This document shows positions 52,935-64,000 of a stretch of 64,000 nt of DNA, in pieces. The notes beneath the pieces are model-generated. The model saw only the letters and a list, made by a program, of their open reading frames with translations, was not told the DNA's origin and made no database searches. Origin of the DNA: Eledone cirrhosa (lineage: Eukaryota); NCBI GenBank assembly GCA_964016885.1, contig OZ024742.1:135656001-135720000 (forward strand), given 5' to 3'. A program made the position numbers and the translations under genes. Each line of letters begins with the position of its first letter. Within the stretch, counting starts at the first letter, position 1.

Positions 52935-53518
52935 ACAACACACACACATGTATTCGATTGGTGACGATCTAGTTATCATTCGATTGCAAACTCTAGCGGA
53001 GAGCTTTGCTTTTTGAGGCTGTGAAAATTCTTTTGTCCTCAATCGAGAAAAGAAACACAAAAATTTCGACATCATCCTTTGTGTATGATCACGTGACTAC
53101 ATTCAAAAGTACTACGACAACTAGTGATGAATCTGTAGACTAAAAAAAGTGTTTAAATGGGCGAAACCTGCAGAACACAGAATTTCTATTCGATCGTGGA
53201 AGTACACATGTATTATCTGTAATACCTGTGCATTATATAACCTGATATATAACTTCCAGAGCTTCCAGAAACCTATCTGAGATTGTATAGATTATATCGA
53301 TTTTAATAAATCAGAGAGGGTACAGGGATGAAAGTCCTTTCTGCATTTATCGTGATTTTGTTGTGTGTATACCTGGTGCCATCGGTCGGTTTCGGAGTAT
53401 CACACTTTATAACTATAGTGTTAACTCTGGATTTAATGTTTGTTTTTAACTTACGAACCATTGTATGCTTCAAGATTGCCTGAAACAAATCGAATAATAC
53501 TTGCTCTACAAAATTTAG

Positions 53519-53593
<75 letters not shown>

Positions 53594-53615
53594 TATATGT
53601 ATATATGTATGTATA

Positions 53616-56600
53616 TCTCTATATATATAAAACGGTAGATGTCTGTATGTGTGTGTATATGATTTTTATGCATTTCCACATTTCTCTACCGATTTGTATG
53701 GATTTTTTTCCAATGTGCTCCAAATTTACCAGGCCAGGTCAAGACGTAATTATTTTTGCCAAAAATATCCTGCTTCTATGAATAAAAATCGCTAAAACTG
53801 AATATATGCCGTAACCCTCTCACTTACACGCTTCATTCCTCTCACTACTACCATCAAAAATATATGAAACTACATACATGTTGCAACTCTCTTTAAAAGG
53901 TTAATATTTTCCTCTACTCCACTCTCAATCTCCTCTGCAACTCTCTTTAAAAGGTTACTGCCTCCGTCTACTACCCTTTACAGATTAGAACAACAAAACT
54001 TCTTTTGAAGGAACGCGACACAAACTTTGAAACCTAAGCAACACAACATCCATAGCTTTACTCTCTCCGTCGCTCTTCCCTCTCTCTACAATAGATTATT
54101 CCTCCTCTCTACAGTCATAACGACACTCATACATCAAATATCAAAATTTAAAAAGCCGATAACACTAAATACATACTGCACTCTCAACGTTACATTTTAC
54201 ATCAAATAACAAATATTCGAAAGCAACAGATGAATTTATAAAATAACAAACGTAACAATAACGACCTCTCTATAATTTAACTGCTTTACTCTCTCTGTCT
54301 CTCTTCACTCCCCATATGACAACACTGCAGAGAGAGAAACAATGTATATGATCAAATGGAGCGTTCCGTATATTCCCTCTCTCTATAATTTAACTGATTT
54401 ACTCTCTCTGTCGCTCTTCACTCCCTATATGACAACATTGCAGTGGAGCGTTCCGTATTGGCATATGGCTTATCTGGGGCATTTTCAATCGGCTTATTGC
54501 AAATAACAACCCGCAAAATAACACTTCATATAAAAGATTAATGCTATAGACATATGAATCGGAATGTAACCCGTGAACTTTTTCCTGGGCAAAATTATTC
54601 GAACAGACATGACCTCATTGCCAGAGTGTTCAGACTGAAACTGGCTAAACTCATGGCTTTAATCAAAAAGGTCAGGTATTTGGGGCTATAAAATGTGACA
54701 TGTTCACCGTCAAATGGCAAAAACGGGGGCTGCCACATGCTCACATTTTGATTTGGTTAGCTGATAAAATCAATTCAAATGCCATAGACAGGGCTAATTT
54801 TGGCTGAAATCCCTAACCCAGCAACTGACCAGGAATTACATGACATCGTCAAAGCTAACATGGTCCGTGTGCGTCGGGTCCTAATGAGCATCACACGTGT
54901 CTGAAAGGGGGGTCGTGCAGTAAGGGATACCCCCAAATATTTGTTGACCAGGCTCAGACTAGTAGCGACGGGTACCCCTTGTACAGGCGGAGACGGCCCG
55001 AGAAAGGTGGCTTCACCACAACAGTAAAGGGAGGTCAAGTCGACAATAGATGGGTGGTCCCTTACTGCCCGCTTCTCTTGAAGAAGCGGGCAGTTAGGAC
55101 CTCATCAACGTTGAGTTTTGCAACTCCGTCAAGTCGATAAAATACATATGCAAATATGTAAATAAGGGCTCTAATGCCGAAATGTTCGCATTTCAAGCTG
55201 AAAATAGCAGGGACGAGGACACAGAATACCTGGCGGGGCGGTTCATCAGTAGCAATGAAGCTTTTTGGCGCCTATTTTGTTTACCCCTACACCAACGTCA
55301 CCCCGCCATCGTACAGCTTGCGGTACTTTTGGAAAATGGGCAAAGGGTTTACTTTACGGACCAAACCGCCGCGAAGTTTGCCGCCGATCCGAAAGAGACA
55401 CTCTGACGGGTTTCTTCAAACTTTGCCAGTTCGATACATTTGCACAAACAATTGTGTGCCCCCAGGTTCCATCCTATTTTATATGGTCGAAAAACACTTG
55501 GGTGCGAAGAAAGCCAAGTCAGGCTGTTGAAAGACATCCTGATGTAAAATTTGACAGCTGTCTTGGAAGGGTTTACACTGTGCCCCCCCCCCCCCCCCCC
55601 CCCCGTCAGCATGAGTGCTTTCATCTCCGCCTTCTTCTGCATGAAGCTGTAGGCCCACAAAGTTTTCAGGACCTCAAAACTGTTGATGGAGAAATATGTG
55701 ATACGTACCGGGAAGCCTACTTTAAGCGTGGTATTTTGGAAGGTGATTCGCAATGGGATTCCACTTTAGAAGATGGTGATTTGTTGAATCACTAAAGGTC
55801 TACGGGAACTCTTTGCCATTTTGCTTCAAATGTGTGAATTGGGTGATCCCAAATCTTTATGGGTCAAGTACAGAGACTTCATAGCTGAGGACTTCCTACG
55901 CCTAGCTCATCTGCAGTATACTTCAGTGGAAGTTGGTTACAGCGGCATTATCTACAACAGGGCACTCATTGATATCGAGGACGCCCTGCTCAACATGGGT
56001 GAGAGTGAGTTGGCGACGTATGGCTTGCTGTCAACCGTCAGAGAGGAAGCTAACACGTTGGCCCTGGATTTGTTGCGGGAAACAACATTTGACATTGGAT
56101 CTCTTTCCCAATACTTAGAACCCAGACTTCTGTCGGACCAAAGGTTGGTCTATTTAACTATCATTGACGCGGTTCAAAATCAGACTGGGGGTATTTACTT
56201 TCTCGATGCTCCTGGGGGTACCGGAAAAACTTTTGTAACGAAATTGATTCTCACTAAGATTCATCACGAGAAAAGAATTGAGTTGGCCGTTGCATCGTGC
56301 GGGATCGCTACTACTTTGCTGCCGGGAGGCAGGTCAGCACATTCAACCTTTAAACTCCCCTTGTATTTAGTAAAAACTGAGACACCAACATGCAATATCA
56401 GCAAGAGTTCACACGGAGCTCTGGTTCTCAAAAAATGTTGCCTCATTGTCTGGGATTAGTGCACAATGGCACACAAGGGTGCCCTTGAGGCATTGGTCAG
56501 GGCCCTGAAAGACATTAGGGATTCTACGGCTCTTATGGGTGGCGTAACCCTTCTGCTATCAGCGGATTTTCGGCAAACGCTGCCTGTCATCCCCAAAGGG

Positions 56601-57806
56601 ACAAGAGCTGATGTAGTGCGTGCCTGCCTTAAGCCGTCCATGTTGCGGCTCCAGGTGAAGAGTTTGTACCTGAGCACAAATGTGCGTGCTTATTTGCATG
56701 GTGAGGACATGTCTGCAGCATTTGTTCAGAACATTTTAGCACTGGTGTGGACAAGGTCCCTGTGGATGACAAGGGCGGCATAGCAATCGACTACCTGTGC
56801 AACATTGTGAGCAGCCCTTCTGACCTTTGGGAAGCAGTTTTTCCTAATGTCTCATTTATCTTTAAAAACCTCGATTGGCTCAGCGAATGAGTCATCCTTG
56901 CTCCGAAAAATACCATGGTTAATTTTATTAACGAGCAGCTGATTGAGAAGAATCCCGGTAAAGAGCACATCTTCAAATCTATCGACCGGACGTCAGACCC
57001 CGACGATATAGTTAATTATCCGGTTGAGTTATTAAATTCCATTGAGCCCCCAGGGCTCCCACCTCACATTCCTAAGCTTAGGGTTGGCTGTCCCAATATG
57101 CTAATAAGGAACTTGCGTCCACCAAAGCACTGCAACGGTGCTCGCATGGTCGTCAAGTCACTGACGCCCCATTTGATTGAGGCCACCATTGTAACGAGGT
57201 GCGGGAGAGGGGAGAATGTTTTCATTCAAAGGATGTACCTTTGCCCCTCGGCGTCAGATATCCCGTTCGATTTCCGGCGATCCCAATTCCCGGTGAGACC
57301 ATGTTTTGCCATGTCCATTAACAAGTCACAAGGGAAAACATTGTCGGTGGCGGGCATCCATTTAGGGGAGCCATGTTTCTCCCATGGCCAACTTTATGTT
57401 GCCTGTTCCCGCGTAGGGAGCAGGAATGGACTCTCTGCTTACACTCCTCAAGGGATGACACGCAATATCGTCTACAAAGAGGTTCTATAGATGTTGGTGC
57501 AGGTGTTGGAGGTGCTGCAGCTATGCCGTCTGGAAAACTGGTAGGGTCACCCATCGCGGACAGATCTGACACCCAGCGGCATCAGGGCCACCATCTTGCA
57601 ACTTTGGTCTACTAAATTCGGTATTGGAAGATTATTAACCCGACATTGATTGTCCAAAATGCTAATTGGTTCGTAACTTTTAATAACCGGTTCAACTGCT
57701 TTATGCACTTAATTGATAAGCCTATTCGCTTTCAAGCCACGTCTACCTGTATGTAACTTTTCATAGTAAATGATCAAACCCGAGCAACGCCGGGCTAAAC
57801 TGGTAG
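53616..57806 (+). mobile_element. Helitron (rolling-circle transposon), decayed, both termini present
   Basis: 5' A|TCTCTATATATATAAAA. Subterminal hairpin CCCGAGCAACGCCGGG (57779-57794), then ...GGTAG|T, a variant of CTAG. Inserted between A and T. Contains Rep and helicase. Confidence 0.88.
54560..57490 (+). pseudogene. Helitron RepHel (HUH Rep plus PIF1-like helicase), disrupted
   Basis: RHDLIARVF, KWQKRGLPHAHIL (HUH), KYICKYVNKG (Y2), FLDAPGGTGKT (Walker A), LIVWD* (Walker B, stop at 56457-56459), DFRQTLPV, QFPVRPCFAMSINKSQG, FSHGQLYVACSRV. Many frameshifts. Confidence 0.95.
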
Positions 57807-57814
57807 TATTTACG

Positions 57815-58016
57815 TAAAAGTTAAACAGAAATAACAACACATGGATTGAATATGGAAGAATATATTAGGTGTTAACGCTTGAAATAGCAGGAAGAGGGTT
57901 TTAACGTTTCGGACGCGCTAATCCTTCCCCAGAAGAAAGAATGAGAACTAAGATAGATTGAAGTGACGGCTGGGTTGGAATTAGAAAACATGTATTTAGA
58001 TAAAAATAAGAAGCCC

Positions 58017-58091
<75 letters not shown>

Positions 58092-58400
58092 TGATCAGTG
58101 GATCTGCTAATATACAGATCTGACTGATCAGCCAATCTGCTAATATGCATATCAGGCCGATCAGTCACTGTGTATTTTTGAAAATAGATTATATTTTCAC
58201 TAGCTCTGACAGTTTGGCAGGTGAACAGTGAGCAGTACTGATGTAGGGTTATACCCAGAAACATAATTGTCTGCAGTTCTGTTCGCATGCCAACATAAGA
58301 GCAAGAATGAAGTGTTCATTCTATTGACATGGCTATAAAATTGTGGCTTGTTTGCTTAATTGCAAACGAATCGAATGTTATTATTAATATTCGAAAAACT
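57815..58400 (-). mobile_element. Repeat family B copy (hammerhead core mutated to CTGGGGA)
   Basis: gtaaaagttaaacagaaataacaacac...gcaggaagagggttttaacgtttcgga matches 21472-21670. Confidence 0.75.
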
Positions 58401-59538
58401 TAGATTACATTTATTATATATATATATATTTCATGATTTCTCACGAATGAAATAGTTCTAGTCCTGTAGAAGCTCTTCTATATTAAAACTTTTATACTCT
58501 GCTATGTATTGAGTACCTTACTTACTGTGGTTACCTCCGATTCAACCCGGAATAACTTATATATATATAGGTACAGATATATATATATATATATAGAGAG
58601 AGAGAAAATTGAGGTTGGTAATGGCACATGGAATATATAAGAGACAGAATACATTTTTTGTGAAAAAACATATAATTTTATAAGGTAAGGAAATAATAAA
58701 GGGTATAAAAAATGACCGGTTTCGATGGGTCTGCAAAAGCCATCTTTTCAAATGTTGATTAATATTAAGAAAAATTAATAATACGAAGAGTTAAAATTTG
58801 AGATTTGAAAATTCAAGTATAAAATTCATTGTGGGATTTCATAGTAGTTTTCATCTAGGTAGCAACAACAAGTTGACTGCTGTGTCCCTTTCTACCAGAA
58901 ATATATATATATATACATGATGGTTGCCCCGCCGTCATCGAGTAAGGCCATTATATACCATTACTAATAATTATTAATTAAATCTATCGTGCAATGCGTG
59001 GGCATGTAGATATTTTTTAAAGTGAGGAAAGACTGCGCACTGAGCCAATCCCACTCACTGAGCGACAGTAGCTATAACCCGAAAAGAAGAAGAGATCAAC
59101 ATCATCGGTAACTACTGAGCCGCAGGTTTTATATCGGAGTTATCCCAGTTTCCTGAGTTGCCTTCTCCTAGAAGAATACCCTGACAAATGCTAGTGGTTT
59201 AACCACTGCCAGTGGTTTAACCACGCGATCTCGTGTCCAGCCCGACTATTTCTATGTCCCCGCGCATATACATACACATGCACCCATGTATATACACATA
59301 TACATATACATACATATGTACATCTGTATATACATATTTACACACTTTTGGATGGCCGTTTACTCTTATGATTTCTTCCCCGCTTTGTCAGGGCTTGATT
59401 TGTGTCCTGCAGGGTGTCCAAAATCAACCTCCTCACCAAGTAAACTTGGTGGGGTTGACGGTTTAGTCGTAGGAGGACCCGACCATGTAACAGGTTGTAC
59501 TGGGTTACATGTTACGAGTAGCACTCAAGTGTGACCTG

Positions 59539-59650
<112 letters not shown>

Positions 59651-60138
59651 ATATATATATACTTACATATATTCATATATATGTATATATATATATATAT
59701 ATGTATGTATACATATATATATATATATATGTATACATATATATGAATATATGTGTATGTATATATATATAAAAAATATATGAATGTATATGGATATATA
59801 TGTATGTGTGTGAGTAGAAATATATGAGGATGAATGTGGCTGTCTGTTGCTTATTCACGGATATATATATATATTACAATAGGTTGTAATGCCAACAACG
59901 TTACATATTCGTCATTCTTTTCTCGGGCCATGATCGTTGAATGATCAATGCTAGCACATCTTTGAACATAGGTCTGCTCAATCACCGATGACTTAGTAGA
60001 AAACATGAAATAAACAGCAATATATAACTACATACAGCCACTCATTCAAACGCACATTTAGATTTACACACACATACTTATATAGACACTTGCGAAGTAA
60101 CTAGCTGAAAACACCGGATTCACGTTCGGTATTTTACC

Positions 60139-60227
<89 letters not shown>

Positions 60228-60230
<3 letters not shown>

Positions 60231-60423
60231 CAAAGGAATTGTGGTAAGGAACAAGATGGACCATAACGCACCAGAGTACTCAATACTTAGGGTAGTAGAG
60301 GGTGAAATAGGAAAAAGTATGAACCCGACGGCAGAGCTCAAGCCGTTTCGACGGTTATTTCAGTCCAGAAATAGCCGTCGAAACGGCTTGAGCTCTGCCG
60401 TCAGAGTCATACTTTTTCCTATA
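60228..60423 (-). mobile_element. Repeat family A copy with about 53-bp fold-back
   Basis: ataggaaaaagtatga..cgacggcagagctcaagccgtttcgacgg.tatttc / gaaatagccgtcgaaacggcttgagctctgccgtc...tcatactttttcctat. Confidence 0.85.
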
Positions 60424-60439
60424 TATATCTTTATATCTC

Positions 60440-60528
<89 letters not shown>

Positions 60529-61199
60529 CGGTGTCTGTGTATTAGAGAATGTAGAGTATCTACCGCGAGGTAACTAGCTGAAATTGCCTCTACTTTCACT
60601 GCATCTTACCAATATCGAATATCGATCTGTGGTTTTCCCGGTCCCAGTACTAGAGGCTATCAATATATGTATTGGACATGTATCTTCTCCATAGTGTTGT
60701 GTTCTCGCTCGCAGTGTGAGTAAAATTCTAAAATTGAGTAGCAGGAAATGTATCAGTAGAAATGAATGTATACTTCACACCATATACACCGTGTAGTTCT
60801 AGGACAACTGTAATTCAAAGGATCAGCCTTGTCACATATATTGTCACGATGACCCAGCTTGGAATATTCGATCAGTTGCATGTTAACTAATGAGCTAGAC
60901 ATTCAGTTAGACTATGAGCTGAAAGCTCATCGAAACATTTGACGGATGATCTACTATATATATATATATATGTGTGCGTAAATATTTATATTAATATAAA
61001 TATATGTAAGTGCGCGTCTTTGTGTGTATTTGCCAACATAAGATTTGGTTGACGTGTAAATGAGCTGTTACGAATGTGGACATCTCATATATACACAACT
61101 CTGTCCAGTATGTGCAGAAAGAAAACTGAAAACTGAAACAGAAAGTAGTAGAACGCGTAACATATATATATATACATATGTATGTATATATAAATATAA

Positions 61200-61250
<51 letters not shown>

Positions 61251-61780
61251 TGTGTGTGTTTGCGTGTTTGTATGTATTCACGCAAAGCAAAAGAAAATAT
61301 AAAATTAGATATACTTATTACACAAAAGAAAGCATAAACACACATTCGTCTGCTCTTTCCATCACCAAAGAAAACCTCAATTTTCTTTTTTTTTTTTGTT
61401 TTTTTTTGTATTTTCTTTGGTTTTTTTCCCCATCTATATAACCTGCCGTGATCTGAATGCTGAAAATGGCAGTTTCATACAAGTGGAAGTCTTTGGTTAA
61501 AGTGGAATAAGTACATTATGATGATTATAAAGTTTTCATTGCACTATTCTCCAACATTATCTCATTTGCGTAGTCTTTTCGCGTAGTTTTTCTTCGGCAT
61601 TCTTCAGTTGATTGTTACAAATTTTTGTGGCAGTCTATGATTTCTACCAATTTCTTACTTGCTTTCGTTTTATCGATTTGTTATTGCAGACAGCTTTCCA
61701 AGTTATTTTTATCATCTGTTTTCTTTGCACTGGTTCTCTTCCTTCTTTTTTTCCCACTATATACACATTCATACGTATAA

Positions 61781-61822
<42 letters not shown>

Positions 61823-61855
61823 GTTTGTGTGTGTATGTGTGTATGTCAGTCTATA

Positions 61856-61897
<42 letters not shown>

Positions 61898-62392
61898 ATG
61901 TATGTGTATGTATTTATTTATTTATATATATATTCTCACATTCACACACACATATATACATATATAAATATATATATACATACAACATACATATATATAT
62001 ATACTTGAATCATTGTTTGTTTTTACGTTTTCATCTAGAGGTATTTTTCACTTAGGTATTTATTCGTTTTCTTTAATCATTTTTAAGTGTTTTTCTTTGG
62101 TGTTAGTTTTCATTTAATTTTTTCCCCTTTTTATTTTCTGTTTTTCTCCTCTGAACTTATATTCATTCGCTTGGTTTGAACTGTTGGATCGATATAACTA
62201 ACACATGTGTGTGAAATTTTCTACCGTATGTATATGCATGCATACTGTGTATGTATATGCATGTGAGTATAAACACACACGCACAAGGAAACACACATAC
62301 ACCCGCGCACACACAGGGGCTCAAAAGCCTATTCACAAACGTGCTTATATATATATATATCTGTATGTGTGTATTGGGGGGGTATGTGTGTG

Positions 62393-62474
<82 letters not shown>

Positions 62475-62846
62475 TGTGCGTGCGCGTTTGCGTGCGTGTT
62501 TGTTTGTGCAAGTGCGTGTGCGTGCGTGTTTGTTTGTGCAAGTGCGTGTGCGTTTCTGTGTATTGATACGTATATATATATATATAGATATATGCAATTT
62601 ATGTTAGCTCAATGTTGTCAGTGTCAAAGGATGTTTTTGACTAAGAAATACAGTCTAGCAAGTTGAGCATATAAACCCCTGGAGACGAAGACAGTGACCA
62701 GTGAGAATGTTGTCTTTATTTCTCCGGATTCATGAAAGATATTTTAACAAGAATATTTTTCATAGTTAAAACGTACGATAAAGCTGTTAGCTTTAAGCTA
62801 ACAGACTTCAATGATTCAAAACTAGATTATATATATGTATATATTC

Positions 62847-62951
<105 letters not shown>

Positions 62952-62953
62952 AG

Positions 62954-63013
<60 letters not shown>

Positions 63014-64000
63014 AAGAGCAAAACCCAGAGATACGCGAAAAAGGATGTCTATACACAAGTATATATAAACGCGTAGAGCATATATATATTTATTTGTAGA
63101 ACAAATTGAAATGTTATGCAATATATTCATTCTTTCATTCTATGCGACAGCCTCTGAAATTGAGAAAAAAATCCATCTGTAGACGCAGAAGTAAATATTT
63201 CAAAAACATTACCTCCAAATATTTCTTTAGGAAAACAGAAAGACACTGTTTAAAGTAAATTCGTTGGCGTACAGGATTGTCATGGCCTACGTGGCACAAA
63301 GAATACAAGTTCTTCTATTTCTGTTATAGGATCTAGCTTTAGCTCAGATCTCTCAGTGTACCCTATATCAGATATTATTCACTTTTAAATTGCAAGTATC
63401 GGCTGAAAGAGAATTCATTTTCCTTCTTCAATTATCCAAAATGAGTGAAAGTGCATGTATCAGTGCTGCTTACATAGATTGGCAGCTATCCCTATGTAAG
63501 CCATACTAGTTGTGTGCGTATCAACCTTATATTCATAAACTATATTACTTCATGGGCATTTCTCGACTAGATGACAGTAATCCCTATTGATGCAATTGCA
63601 GCTAGAACTAACTTCAGGAATGTGTATGTTACTAGAGCTAGGTTATTTAGCTAAGTTTGATGCAATGATGTTGTGTGTGAAGTTTCGAGTTGGGGAATTG
63701 GATATTAAACTCTGTTTCTATTAAGAATATTGCGATATTTATGTGCTAAGAGAAAATGCTCGTAATTAAAGTAAGGAAAGCTTTAGCTATTTGTGAGGCC
63801 ACTTCTATGTTATATGGTGGATTATACCATGTGATGTTTGTAGATCTATTTTCCTTATTTTTTTGCTCGTACTTAGTGTATTCTACCTTATCTAGAAATT
63901 AGCTCTGAGATAGAGCTCAATTGCAACATGTGGAATGATCGGTGAAGTTATGCTCGTTAGCTGCTAAACGTGAAAGCCTCAATGAGATTTTTTTTTTACT

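Noticed and set aside
53455-53479. 25-nt minus-strand micro-exon (tttcag...gtaagt)
   Set aside because: Splice-like signals only, which are expected by chance.

Overview
AT-rich, microsatellite-dense animal DNA. The SINE types and (TA)n/(GT)n density suggest a cephalopod such as Octopus, which is inference only. No host gene is recognisable, and most short ORFs in the track are translations of simple repeats. The window is a transposon graveyard. It holds a near full-length but decayed L1/Tx1-type LINE (3969-8779) nested with SINEs, an R4/Dong-type RLE LINE remnant and a second inverted Tx1 copy, all joined at (TAA)n tracts. It also holds a decayed Helitron with both termini (53616-57806), Penelope-like GIY-YIG/RT remnants, RTE and CRE remnants, a TTAA piggyBac-type MITE, and about 10 copies of a young tRNA-derived SINE, five of them with 17-19 bp TSDs. 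Three signals stand out. (1) Several short non-coding repeat families carry minimal Penelope-type hammerhead-ribozyme motifs (retrozyme-like). (2) The young SINE and the Tx1 LINE share a similar 3' end and an ATT-type target preference, suggesting a SINE-LINE partnership. (3) Fold-back 5' ends recur throughout the window. All calls come from reading the sequence by eye; no database search was run.
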